Source: Somniosus microcephalus
Lineage: Eukaryota
Direction: 5' to 3'
Assembly: GCA_052327205.1 (NCBI GenBank)
Contig: CM126206.1
Location: 210,242,001-210,306,000, forward strand
Length of the DNA: 64,000 bases
The notes beneath the pieces were generated by a model. The model searched no databases. It had not been told where the DNA came from and saw nothing but the letters and a program-made list of their open reading frames with translations. The position numbers and the translations under genes were made by a program. Positions 1 through 12,580 of this stretch are shown in pieces (positions within the stretch are counted from its first letter, which is position 1; each line of letters begins with the position of its first letter).

Positions 1-3000
1 TACATATTTAGCCCCAAGGTATGGTCTGTCTCCTTCTCCTAGGACTAATCTCAATTTTGACAGATCATCCAATTCCTTGAAATCTGGGGTTGTTTGGCTT
101 AGCTTGTTGAATAATATGTTTCTTGATGTGTTGAATTTTTCACATTTTAGGAGGAAATGCATTTCTGTTTCAACCTCGCCAGCCAGACATTGATCGCATA
201 TTCTATTCTCTCTAGGCTGCCAGGATTTCTTGTATCTGCCTTTTTCAATTTCCAGTTGGTGGTCGCTTAGTCTGTACCTGGTGAGGGTCTGTCTCTGTTT
301 TGTGTCTCTGATGGTCGTGAGGTAGTCTGCCAGTTTATATTCTCTTTTTAGGGCCCGGTAACATTCTAATCTGCTTTGGCTTTCGGTTATTTTGTTCCAA
401 TGTTCCAGGTAGGTTTCTTTGCATTTTTTAATGATTTGGTTCACTCGGATTGGTGTTTGGACGGCTGTGTTGGTCTGGGGCTGGTCAGGGTCCGGCTGAG
501 TACTTAGTTTCAGTAGCAGCTGACTCAGGGGACTCTTTTCTGGGTTTAGCTCTTGGGTCTGAAAGGCTTTGAAATGAAGGGTGTCTGGGGAGCTAGATTT
601 GAGGTGATTTAGGAAGTTTAGTGCTCGTTTTTGGATGTTTATTATCAGTGGGTATCTGCCTAGTTCGGCTCTGCATGCATTTGTTGGCGTTTTTCTTTGG
701 GTGCGAAGGATGCTTCGGCAGAATTCTGCATGTAGGGCTTCTATTGTGTGTTTTTCCCATTTAGTGTAGCTTTGGTGATTTAGCGGGCCCCATACTTCAC
801 TACCGTACAGTGCAATGGGCAGGATTATGCTGTCAAAAATTTTGAGCCAGATTTTGATTGGGATTTGGATGTTGTAGAATTTTCTTTTTATTGCATATAG
901 GGCTCTTCGGGCTTTTTCTTTTAGTGCATTCACTGCTATGCTGAAGCTCCCTGATGCTGTAATAGTTAGACCAAGGTAGGTGTAGCTCATAGTGTGTCCT
1001 ATAGTGGTATCACTGAGGGTAAACTGGTATTTGTTTTCCTGACATCTGGGTCTTTTCTGAAAAATCATGATGTTGGTTTTCTTTAGATTTACTGTTAGAG
1101 CCCAATTTTGGCAGTATTTGTCGAGTAGGTCTAGTTGTTGCTGTAATCCCTGTTCTGTGGGAGACAGCAGAACCAGGTCGTCCGCATAGAACAGGGACTT
1201 CACTTCTCCATCCAGGAGACGGAGACCTGGTGACTCGCTTTGCTCCAGCATGTCTGCTAATTCATTTATGTATATGTTGAACAGGGTCGGGCTCAAATTG
1301 CAGCCCTGCCGGACGCCTCTTCTCTGGGTGAAGAAATCGGTGCGTTTGTCTCCAATTTTGACCCCGCATTTGTTTTTCAGATACATTGATTTAATAAGGT
1401 CATAGACTTTGCCCCCTATTCCACACTGAAGAAGTTTATAATAGAGCCCTTCGTGCCATATAGAGTCAAAGGCTTTCTTGAAGTCGATGAAACAGGCGAA
1501 TATTTTCCCATTTTTTGTTTGGTGTTTATGTTTTTCGATGAGGGTGTGAAGGGTATAGATATGGTCGGCGGTGCGGTGTTTTGGAAGAAAGCCTATTTGG
1601 TTTTTTCTGAGGATATTATGTTTGTTAAGAAAATCAAGTAATCTACTATTTAGAATACTGCAGAATAACTTCCCTAGACAACTGTTGACACAGATGCCGC
1701 GGTAGTTATTTGGGTCTGATTTGTTTCCACTTTTATATATGGGGGAGATTAGTCCTTGGCACCAGATATCGGGAAAACAGCCTGAGCGTAATATGATGTT
1801 GAATAGTTTGAGTATCGCACCCTGCATCTCCATATTACTGAACTTTAGCATTTCATTTTTGATGTTGTCTGGGCCACAGGCTTTCTTTAGGTGGAGAGAT
1901 TTTGTTTTTGTGGCCAGTTCTTTCCATGTGATTGGGGAGTCTAGAGGGTTTTGGTTGTCTTTAATTGTTGCTTCTAATGTGTGGAGTTTTTCTGTGACCT
2001 GATGTTGACTTGGGTTTGTTTTGTTTTTTGGGATGTCTTTGTAGAGGTTTTCAAAATGTGTTCTCCAGATGTCGCCATCTTGGATTGGTAATGCTTGCAA
2101 TTGTGTTGTACTCAGGTTATTCCACATTTCCCAGAATTGTTTTGGATTGGTGGAGTTTTCAATTTCTTCGAGTATTTTGTGGGTATAGTTTTGTGTTTTG
2201 TTCCTAATGGTGTGTTTATATCTTTTGAGGGTTTCATTGTATCTAGTACGTAGGTCCGGATTGTTTGGTTGCCGATGCTTTTGGTTTGATATTTTTCTCA
2301 GGTCTTTTCTGGCATTTTTGCATTCGTGGTCAAACCATTTCATATTTTTATTTTGTCTTTTTTGATGCTTCCTCTTCTGTTTCACGAGGTCGGCTTTTAC
2401 AGCTGCCTCATGGAAGATCATGTTTATATCCTCTATGGCCGTGTTTACACCATCTCTGGTGATCTCATATAGATTTTCTTTAAATTTTGAAATTTTACTT
2501 GTGAGATCAGGTGAATTTAGTGCTGTGATGAATTTATCTCCACTGTCCGGGGCCCATCTGTATGTCTGGTTTATTTTATGTAGCTTACTGTGTTCCTTTT
2601 TTGTGTCTGTAGTTTGGGCAGAAAGTTTAAGGTACACATTTATTTGGTTATGGTCTGAGAGGGGGGATTGTTGTCTGACAGTGAATGCGTTGATATCGCA
2701 GGGGTCCAGGTCAGTGATTGTATAGTCCACCACACTAGACCCAAGAGTTGAGGAGTATGTGAGTCTCCCTAGGGAGTCCCCTCTGAACCTACCATTAACT
2801 ATGTACAGGCCTAAGGCTCGGCAGAGTTGCACTACCTCCCTACCGCTTTTATTTATTTCACGATCAAGGTTGTTCCGATTTGCGATGGCTGGTGTGACAT
2901 CTAAAGGGGTCTGGCCAAACACATGGTTGTTTCCCTGTGGGTCTATGAAGTCAGGTTCACAACCGGTCCTTGCATTTAGGTCCCCACATATTATCACCTT

Positions 3001-3450
3001 TCCTTGGGCCTGGAAATGGCTGATTTCCATGTGGAGAGTATCAAATAACTCCTCTTCGAAATATGGCGAATCTATTGGAGGTATGTAGATCGCACATAAG
3101 TAAACATCTTTTTTTGCTATTCCTATATTTTTATCTAGTTTTAGCCATACGTGTGATTTCCCCTGTTTTACCGGTGAGATGTGTTTGTCCAGTTCTCCCT
3201 TATACCACACCAATATTCCCCCGGAGGTTCTGCCCTTGCGTGTTTTAGTGTTCTTTACTGAGGGCACAATGATTTCATGGTACATTGGAGGACAGTGGGT
3301 CGGCATGTCCTTTTGGCACCATGTTTCTGTTAACACAATTATATCAATGTCTTTTATAGCTTTTAGGAATTCAGGGTCTGTACTCTTCATCCCAAAAGTT
3401 GAGGAGCGGAGGCCCTGGATATTCCAGCAGCTTATGTGGAAAGAACGCAT
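1..3450 (-). mobile_element. Non-LTR retrotransposon (LINE, CR1/L2-group-like) ORF2: APE endonuclease + reverse transcriptase + C-terminal Cys/His motif; runs off the window at position 1
   Basis: Minus-strand ATG at 3450 reads MRSFHISCWNIQGLR. APE motifs follow: VLTETW, CGDLNAR, VVDY, LSDHNQ. RT motifs follow: FIDFKKAFDS, GVRQGCNLSP, LFYADD (about 1177-1194). The C-terminus has RLSDHQLEIEKGRY and CDQC..ETEMHFLLKC. The ATG, YADD and Cys motif were checked to be in one frame. The ORF track lists no stop-terminated minus ORF here, consistent with about 1150 open codons leaving the window. Confidence 0.93.
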
Positions 3451-6400
3451 TTATATAGTACTCTCTCCCCCAGTCTCTCTCTCTCTCTCCCCGTCTCTCT
3501 CCCCCGTCTCTCTCTCTCTCTCTCCCTCAGTCTCTCTCTCTCTCTCTCTATCGCCCCATTCTCTCTCTCTCTCCCCAGTCTCTCTCCTCTCTCTCCCCTC
3601 AGTCTCTCTACTCGCTCTCTCTCCCGTCTCTCTCTCTCTCCCTCAGTCGCTCTCTCTACCCCTCAGTCACTCTCTCTCCCCCCTCAGTCTCTCTCTCCCC
3701 CCTCAGTCTCTCTCTCTCTATCTCCCCAGTCTCTCTCTCTCCCCCAGTCTCTCCCTCTCTCTCTCCCCCCAATCTCTCTCTCTCTCCCCCTCAGTCTCTC
3801 TCTCTCTGTCTCCCAGTCTCTCTATCTCTTCCCCCAGTCTCTCTCTCTCTCTCTCCCCCAGTTTCTCTCTCTCCCCGTCTCTCTCTCTCTCCCCCTCAGT
3901 CTCTCTCTCTCTATCTCCCAGTCTCTCTCTCTACCCCAGTCTCCCAGTCTCTCTCTCTCCTCCAGACTCTCCCTCCCAGTCTCTCTCTCTCTCTCCTCCA
4001 GTCTCTCCCTCCTCCAGTCTCTCCCTCCTCCAGTCTCTCTCTCTCTCCCCCAATCTCTCTCTCGCTCTCCGTCTCTTCTCTCTATCTCCCAGTCGCTCTA
4101 TCTCTCCCCAGTCTCTCTCTCTCTTCCCCCGTCTCTCTCTCTCTCTCTCTCCCCCCAGTCTCTCTCTCTCTCTCTCCCCTGTCTCTCTCGTCTCTCTCCC
4201 CCCAGTCTCTCTACTCTCTCTCTCCCGTCTCGCTATCTCTCCCCCAGTCTCTCTCTCTCCCCCTGGGTCGCTCTCTCTCTCCCCCCTCAGTCTCTCTCTC
4301 TCTATCTCGCCAGTCTCTCTCTCTCTCTCTCTCCCTGTCTCTCTCTCTCCCCCCTCAGTCGCTCTCTCTCTCCCCCCAGTTTCTCTCTCTCTCTCCCCGT
4401 CTCTCTCTCTCCCCCCCATCTCTCTCTCTCCCAGTCTCTCTCTCCCCCCTCAGTCTCTCTCTCTCTCTCTCTATCTCCCAGTCTCTCTCTCTCCCCACCA
4501 GTCTCCCAGCCTCTCTCTCTCCTCCAGACTCTCCCGCCCAGTCCCTCGCTCTCTCCGTCTCTCTCTCTCCTCCAGTCACTCCCTCCTCCAGTCTCTCCCT
4601 CCTTGAGTCTCTCTCTCTCTCCCCCAATCTCTCTCTCGCTCTCCGTCTTTCTATCTCTCTCTGTCTCCCAGCCTCTCTATCTCTCCCCAGTCTCTCTCTC
4701 TCTTCCCCCGTCTCTCTCTCTCTCTCCCCCCAGTCTCTCTTTCTCTCTCTCCCCTGTCTCTCTCGTCTCTCCCCCCAGTCTCTCTACTCTCTCTCTCCCG
4801 TCTCGCTATCTCTCCCCCAGTCTCTCTTTCTCCCCCTGGGTCGCTCTCTCTCTCCCCCCTCAGTCTCTCTCTCTCTATCTCGCCAGTCTCTCTCTCTCTC
4901 TCTCTCCCTGTCTCTCTCTCTCCCCCCTCAGTCGCTCTCTCTCTCCCCCCGTTTCTCTCTCTCTCTCCCCGTCTCTCTCTCTCCCCCCATCTCTCTCTCT
5001 CTCCCCCCAGTCTCTCTCTCTCTCTCCCTCCAGTCTCTCTCTCCCCCCAGTCTCTCTCTCCCCCCAGTCTCTCTCTCTCTGCCCTCCAGTCTCTCTCTCC
5101 CCCAGTCTCTCTCTCCCCCCGTCTCTCTCTCTCTCTCTCTCTCCCCATCTCTCTCTCTCTCCCCTCAGTCTCTCTCTCTCTCTCCCCCCCAACCCCCCGG
5201 TCTCTCTCTCTCTCCCCCCCCCAGTCTCTCTCTCGCTCTCTCTCTATCTCCCCAGTCTCTCTCTCTCTCTCCCCAGTCTCTCTCTCCCTTCCCCATCTCT
5301 CTCTCTCTCTCCCCCGACTCTCTCTCTCTCTCCCCATCTCTCTCCCCCAGTCTCTCTCTCCCTCTCCCCCTCAGTCTCTCTCTCTCTCTTTCTCTCTATC
5401 TCCCCATTCTCTCTCTCTCTCCCCAGTCTCTCTCCTCTCTCTCCCCCCAGTCTCTCTACTCTCTCTCTCTCTCTCTCCCCAGTCTCTCACTCTCCCCCTC
5501 AGTCGCTCTCTCTCTCCCCCCTCAGTCTCTCTCTCTCCCTCTCTCTCTCTCCCCGTCTCTCTCTCTCTCTCCCCCCTCAGTCGCTCTCTCCCCCCTCAGT
5601 CTCTCTCTCTCTCTATCTCCCCATTCTCTCTCTCTCTCCCCAGTCTCTCTCCTCTCTCTCCCCCCAGTCCCTCTACTCTCTCTCTCCCCGTCTCTCTCTC
5701 TCCCCCTCAGTCGCTCTCTCTCTCCCCCTCAGTCGCTCTCTCTCTCCCCCTCAGTCTCTCTCTCTCTCCCCCTCAGTCTCTCTCTCTCCCCCTCAGTCTC
5801 TCTCTCTCTCCCCCTCAGTCTCTCTCTCTCTCCCCCTCAGTCTCTCTCTCTCTCCCCCTCAGTCTCTCTCTCTCTCCCCCTCAGTCTCTCTCTCTCTCCC
5901 CCTCAGTCTCTCTCTCTCTATCTCCCCAGTCTCTCTCTCTCTCTCTCCCCCAGTCTCTCCCTCTCTCTCTCTCCCTGTCTCTCTCTCTCTCTCTCCCCCC
6001 CCCCCCCTCAGTCACGCTCTCTCTCCCCCAGTCTCTCTCTCTCTCTCTCTCCCCTGGTCTCTCTGTCTCTCTCCCCCAGTCTCTCTCTCCCCAGTCTCTC
6101 TCCTCTCTCTCCCCCCAGTCTCTACTCTCTCTATCTCTCCCCAGTCTCTCTCTCTCTTCCCCCGTCTCTCTCTCTCTCTCTCTCCCCCCAGTCTCTCTCT
6201 CTCTCTCTCTCTCTCCCCTGTCTCTCTCGTCTCTCTCCCCCCAGTCTCTCTACTCTCTCTCTCCCGTCTTGCTATCTCTCCCCCAGTCTCTCTCTCTCCC
6301 CCTGGGTCGCTCTCTCTCTCCCCCCTCAGTCTCTCTCTCTCTATCTCGCCAGTCTCTCTCTCTCTCTCTCTCTCTCCCTGTCTCTCTCTCTCCCCCCTCA

Positions 6401-6702
6401 GTCGCTCTCTCTCTCCCCCCAGTTTCTCTCTCTCTCTCCCCGTCTCTCTCTCTCCCCCGTCTCTCTCTCTCCCCCCCAGTCTCTCTCTCTCTCCCTCCAG
6501 TCTCTCTCTCCCCCAGTCTCTCTCTCCCCCAGTCTCTCTCTCTCTCCCCTCCAGTCTCTCTCTCCCCCAGTCTCTCTCTCCCCCCGTCTCTCTCACTCTC
6601 TCTCCCCATCTCTCTCTCTCTCCCCCCCAACCCCCCGGTCTCTCTCTCTCTCCCCCCAGTCTCTTTCTTGCTCTCTCTATCTCCACAGTCTCTCTCTCTC
6701 TC

Positions 6703-6848
6703 NNNNNNNNNNNNNNNNNNNNNNNNNNNNNNNNNNNNNNNNNNNNNNNNNNNNNNNNNNNNNNNNNNNNNNNNNNNNNNNNNNNNNNNNNNNNNNNNNN
6801 NNNNNNNNNNNNNNNNNNNNNNNNNNNNNNNNNNNNNNNNNNNNNNNN
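6703..6848. other. Assembly gap (N run)
   Basis: 146 N inside the CT array. Confidence 1.
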
Positions 6849-7573
6849 CTCTCCCCAGTCTCTCTCCTCTCTCTCCCCCCAGTCTCTCTACTCTCTCTCT
6901 CTCTCTCCCCAGTCTCTCTCTCTCCCCCTCAGTCGCTCTCTCTCTCCCCCTCAGTCTCTCTCTCTCTCTATCTCCCCATTCTCTCTCTCCCTCCCCAGTC
7001 TCTCCCCTCTCTCTCCCCCAGTCTCTCGACTCTCTCTCTCCCCATCTCTCTCTCTCCCCCTCAGTCGCTCTCTCTCTCCCCCTCAGTCGCTCTCTCTCCC
7101 CCTCAGTCGCTCTCTCTCTCCCCCTCAGTCGCTCTCTTTCTCCCCCTCAGTCGCTCTCTCTCCCCCTCAGTCGCTCTCTCTCTCCCCCTCAGTCTCTCTC
7201 TCTCTCCCGCTCAGTCTCTCTCTCTCTCCCCCTCAGTCTCTCTCTCTCTCCCCCTCAGTCTCTCTCTCTCTCCCCCTCAGTCTCTCTCTCTCTCCCCCTC
7301 AGTCTCTCTCTCTATCTCCCCAGTCTCTCTCTCTCTCCCCCAGTCTCTCCCTCTCTCTCTCTCCCCATCTCTCTCTCTCTCTCTCTCCCCCCTCAGTCGC
7401 GCTCTCTCTCCCCCAGTCTCTCTCCTCTCTCTCCCCCCAGTCTCTCTACTCTCTCTCTCCCCTGTCTCTCTCTCTCTACCCCAGTCTCTCTCTCTCCCCC
7501 TCAGTCGCTCTCTCTCTCCCCCCTCAGTCTCTCTCTATCTCCCCGTCTCTCTCTCTCTTCCTCTCTCCCCCCA

Positions 7574-7779
7574 NNNNNNNNNNNNNNNNNNNNNNNNNNN
7601 NNNNNNNNNNNNNNNNNNNNNNNNNNNNNNNNNNNNNNNNNNNNNNNNNNNNNNNNNNNNNNNNNNNNNNNNNNNNNNNNNNNNNNNNNNNNNNNNNNNN
7701 NNNNNNNNNNNNNNNNNNNNNNNNNNNNNNNNNNNNNNNNNNNNNNNNNNNNNNNNNNNNNNNNNNNNNNNNNNNNNNN
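7574..7779. other. Assembly gap (N run)
   Basis: 206 N inside the CT array. Confidence 1.
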
Positions 7780-8285
7780 TACCGAATTTCTAGACCTCTC
7801 CCTCTTTCTCCCCTCAATCTCTCTCTCCCCATCTCTTTATCTCTCTCTCTATCTCCCAGTCTCTCTCCCCCAGTCTCCCAGTCTCTCTCTCTCTCCTCCA
7901 GACTCTCCCTCCTCCAGTCTCTCTCTCCCAGTCTCTCTCTCTCTCCCCGTCTCTCTCTCTCTCCCCTCTCAGTCTCTCTCTCTCTATCTATCTATCTCCC
8001 AGTCTCTCTCCCCCAGTCTCCCAGTCTCTCTCTCCCTCCTCCAGTCTCTCTCTCCCAGTCTCTCTCTCTCTCTCCGTCTCTCTCCTCCAGTCTCTCCCTC
8101 CTCCAGTCTCTCTCTCTCCCCCAATCTCTCTCTTGCTCTCTCTCTCTATCTCCCCAGTCTCTCTCTCCCTTCCCCCATCTCTTTCTCTCTCTCCCCGTCT
8201 CTCTCTCTTTCCACGTCTCTCTCCCCCAGTCTCTCTCTCGCTCCCCCTCAGTCTCTCTCTCTCTCTCTCCCCCCATTCTCTCTCT

Positions 8286-8636
8286 CAATTCAATTCAAAT
8301 CGCTTTATTGGCATGATAAGGTACATCTTATGTTGCCAAAGCATCAAAATTGATTTATGGTTGAACACATAAATGCAGTTCTATTCATACAGTGTATAAA
8401 CAGGTATATCCCTGAGTGTATAAATATACATTCGCATTGTTTATATATACTCTTTTCTTAGTTTACTGGTTGTCCCTCTGTTCATGGCAAGCTGTAACAT
8501 AGTGTGTCGCCAGTGTTACACAGCTTCTCTCCTCCCCCAGTAGGAATGGGAGTTTTTGGTTGTCATTCAGATTTCTGAATTCAGGGCATATTTGTGAGAA
8601 TTTTTGGTAGAAATTCTCCCTGATGCCCTTATATTT
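8286..8636 (-). mobile_element. 5'-truncated LINE 3' end (ORF2 C-terminus, 3' UTR, AATAAA, (TTGAA)n tail), related to the element at 1-3450
   Basis: The minus strand reads ...FYQKFSQICPEFRNLNDNQKLPFLLGEERSCVTLATHYVTACHEQRDNQ* (TAA at 8463-8465). This resembles the C-terminus at 1-120 (FNKLSQTTPDFKELDDLSKLRLVLGEGD..LGAKYV). AATAAA lies at 8309-8304, then TTTGAATTGAATTG runs into (GA)n. Confidence 0.8.
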
Positions 8637-8752
8637 TCTCTCTCTCCCCGTCTCTCTCTCTTTCCACGTCTCTCTCCCCCAGTCTCTCTCTCTCTCCCCC
8701 CAGTCTCTCTACTCTCTCTCTCTCGCCCGCGTCTCTCTCTCTCTCCCCCTCA
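8637..8752. repeat. CT-rich microsatellite, continuation of the array beyond the LINE fragment
   Basis: Same units as 3460-8285. Its start resembles 8182-8240 (tctctctccccgtctctctctctttccacgtctctc). Confidence 0.9.
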
Positions 8753-11729
8753 GAGTTGGGGTCACTCGGGCCGGGCCTCACAACCGCTTGGCCCGAGACA
8801 CAGAGCGGGGGAGTGGCAGCGGCCGGCCGTAAACCACACGGCCCTGTAAACTGCCGATTTACAAAAAAGCCTTGGCAACACCGGGCCCCCCAGCTAGTAT
8901 ATATATATATAGCCATTTATATATTATATATAACATCACTTTGCACATTGCGCATTACAACAAAACAAATAGCACGTGAACACAGGAATAATAAAATTAC
9001 ATTTGACCGTAACAAATTCTTGTTATAATATTCTCTATATTAAATTGCAATGATGTGTGGGGCATTGAATTCCCCTTAAAATAATCCTGAAAGGGAGACT
9101 TAAAAGGTAATGTTTATACAATTACGCAAAGAGTTCCGAGGTTAAATAACATGAACATGCTGCGGCAGAATTACGAGCGAGGCAGGCACACATCAGCCCT
9201 TGCTTGCCTGTGTCGTTTTAGAAAGACTGCAAAAGCTCGCTGCACTTCTGTGCTTCATGGCCCACAGAGCCTCCCTCCGAGCCCCGATTGTCACCCGCTG
9301 TCTTCGTGCTCCCCCTACTGTTGATCCGCATTACTGCACAATAATGGAAATGAACCCCAATTTACGTGTCCCGTATTACACATTTTCCTCATACCAATTA
9401 AACTGTTCTTAACAGAGGCGTTTCCTCTTTTCGTCACCAAAATTAATTATACTGATTTGTTTGGAGTTGTTGCACGTCATTATGGTTGAAACGAACAATT
9501 AAAGCTTGCCGACTTTTTGTTTAATTAATTTTACATTAGTGTTGATAGACCGCATCACTCCTGTTAGACGGCAAGAGCAATGGGAATGTACATGACATTG
9601 ACACAATCCCATTTGTTTCTTTTCCAAAAGTGAAAAACGATTAAGATAATTCAGGTAATATATTAGGCAAACGTAGACCACAACGTACAAAGCGGGATTC
9701 GGGTATTTTCTTTAGGAACCAACGGAATAGCATAGAGGCCATTTAAATTAACTTATAGGAAAATCGATTAGAATTTCAGGAGACTGCGAGCAATCGAAAA
9801 GGTGGGTTGTGATTTGATTGTCGACCATTTTGAGACGCGGTCCAATTTAATAGGTGTCGAAGGAAAAATACGGGTTTCCTTAAAAAAAATACTGTATTAT
9901 TATATTTGCCAGACACAATGCGCGAGTGAATTATTCAAGAACAAAAAGTTGTCTATAATTGTGAAACAGACCAGATTTTTTTTATTGGTTTTCATCTCCG
10001 TCTAAACTAATTAAGGCATGCGTATTTATCCAAGTTCGCTTGCCTCGTAAAATCTACACGTTAGATAGTTGCATTGTAAAAATGGAAGTTTAAGAACAAA
10101 CCATAACTTATCTATCAGAAAACCCTGTACTTGTTACTGGAGAATCTTGCACTTCACACGGTAGCATTTTCACAAATGCATTAAGTCGTTAGTTCATAAC
10201 ATAAAGAAGATGCGTTCGTCTGAGTTACGTCTAACAATATTTAACATTGTCATTTCTAACCAGTGGAAATATATTTTTTCTGCTTGGTACAAGTGTAACT
10301 TACACAAGATTGCCACAGGACACAGAAGGAAATCAATAGGATACGGCCATTTATCGCTTTTTAATCTGTAGAATTTAACATTAACACATCCACAATGATC
10401 AAATGCTAGGCTGAAATAGTCCCGTTTCATTTACACTATATGCTGACATTAATCGCTGTAATAATTCATAGCTTTTAGTGCGTTTTTATAGCCTGTAATG
10501 GTAACACAGTCACTCAAGAAATGTTTGACTTCCTGGGGTGCATGGCAGTGTGGAAGTAACCACGCGTTTGAACTCCAAATTCCATTCGTTAAAAGAATTT
10601 ACGAGCGTAACATGAAATGATGGAATTGGTAAATTCTCGAAAATGTGAACACAACATATAGCCAATTAAAATAAATATTTTAAAATAATAATTCTGTAAG
10701 CAGCACATATTAATGTGTTGCAATTAATTTGTGAGCACAGAAAAACACTAGCGAATTGGGTTGGGCGGAGCAGAAACCCATCAAATATCGGTAGGTTGTG
10801 GGAGTTTTCTGCCCCACTGTTGCCGATAAGAAATATCACTGACGATGAAAGATCAATAATCTCAGCATCGTGCTCTTTGCTCTTGACTGCTCATAACACT
10901 GTTAGTGGCAATAAAACACTTTACTGAGATAGTCGAATGCTTTTCAGCCAATCAGCTGCGAGTTCGTTTGCCCTTCCACCCATGTTTCAACCGATATGTT
11001 TCGGGTATCTGCGAAGCTGCGCACTCCCCGCTGTCTAACAAAAACGGGAGGAGCGGGGAATTTTGCATAAAGTTGTCAGATGCAATCAGAAAGAAACGAC
11101 AGCAAAATCTAATCTACCCAGTCGATGCACTTATACTTTGGTGTAGGTTGTTCTCCGACCTCCCACTCCGCACACGCCATTAGATATCGGCCAAAACCGC
11201 TTAACTTGTTACGAGTTCTTATAATGGATTCATTGAATCAGAAAAAAATGTAGACACTAAACAATTCAATGAATTAGCTTCAAGGCATTATATAGATTTC
11301 AATAATAGAGGCTTTCAATTTGTCTCGGAATGTCCAAAACATGTGCAAGTGCAGCGGTACGAAATATGAATTATTTTCTACGTTTGATCTTTTAGAAGTT
11401 CAGGAATGATTTATTTAACTAAAATTAATTAAACGAAGCCTAAAGCCTAAATTGAATAACACTGTAGCCACATACAGTGGGCGATGGCTGCGGTTAAAGA
11501 CTGCAGTTAAAACGGAAATAAATCGGAAAGCCAAGTTACTAATTTCGGTCGAAAATAGGCCAAGCTCCACGTTACCATATAAACGTGGTACCATATAAAC
11601 AGACAATGTTAACTAAAAAGTACAGGAAGAGCAGGGAATAACTGCTTTAGCGAGTTTTAAATAGGCTAGGGCACCAAGGACACTCGATTTGTTCGACACC
11701 AAGCATTTTATTACTTAGAGACTAAATAT

Positions 11730-12580
11730 TTGTTCAAAAATCTAATGTCGGTGCCTTTGAAGAAAGCCTAGGTGCATTGCCAGATGTAATGACCAATAAA
11801 TCTCAAACCTCCCATGTCCCTGTGCTAAATTAGCTGGACCAGAGCCATTTGTCCAACCATATTTCACATACTCAGCTCCAACACAGACGGCCCTACCCAC
11901 GTTTATGTAAAGTGCACAATTCTCCAAAAATAAATGTGCTTCTGGACTTCGATGCAAATAACACTTTTGATCTCGGATCACACTGCGGTTACCGCCTCAG
12001 TGTCCTTGACACGAACAGATTGAAGTTTAACCAGAGGCGTGTTTACGGTTTTACTTTGCTATTTAAACAGATACATTCCAATAAAATGAGCCATTTGCAT
12101 AGGTGCAGGATTTATCCTGTTTCAAGAATGATTACTTTCTGGAGCATGGTAAAAGATTGGGTTCAGCAGATAGGTGCTTTTTACCTAAGTGCAGCCGAAT
12201 ACAGTACCAAGATCACTCAGTGACTGCAATCTTTGGAGGTAAGACTCATAAAACAAGAAAGAATAACATTCTTGAAAGTCTTCCATTAACTCTGCAGACA
12301 TCTAGTGGGAAAGCTGTGTCACTACAAGGGCATATACTGGAATGATCTCGCCTGGAAATCTGGAATATATGTACATCGTTGTTGCTCCTTCTCACAGAGT
12401 GCCAGACATTATCCTTGCCCGCCGGTCGTTTCAAGTTTTGCAGTGATTCCCTCCGTTATGAGCGAGTTTTCTGCAGTCTTGTCATTGGGGAGTCTCTGCC
12501 ACTCGCAGTATCAGAGTGGTTGTGAGTTACAGTTAGTCCCGAAAGCTACTTATCCGACCTGAGCCTGAGCTGAACATGTA
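11730..12580 (+). pseudogene. Hoxa14: Probable degraded exon 1 of the HoxA14 pseudogene (boundaries approximate)
   Basis: Broken + frames give motifs in the same order as posterior Hox13-type N-termini: YGF..KMSH (cf. Hoxa13 YGYF..RMSH), CSFSQ (cf. FAFYQ), PVV, and LSLGS....SGCELQL (cf. LPMES....NGWNGQV). They are interrupted by stops and frame changes and lie 2.2 kb upstream of the clear homeobox remnant. Confidence 0.45.

Larger units (their letters stand above)
3460..8285. repeat. Complex (CT)n / CCCCAG(TC)n polypyrimidine microsatellite array with higher-order repeats
   Basis: Almost pure C/T on the + strand, built from units like ccccag-tctctctctc. A roughly 300-bp block marked by ccccctgggtcgctctc recurs near 4260, 4835 and 6300. 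Confidence 0.97.

Noticed and set aside
1453-3248. Short plus-strand ORFs
   Set aside because: Antisense shadows of the LINE ORF2.
3179-8372. Very long Ser/Leu/Pro ORFs (up to 1626 aa) and Glu/Arg/Gly minus-strand ORFs
   Set aside because: Translations of the CT microsatellite, which lacks stop codons; some run through N gaps.
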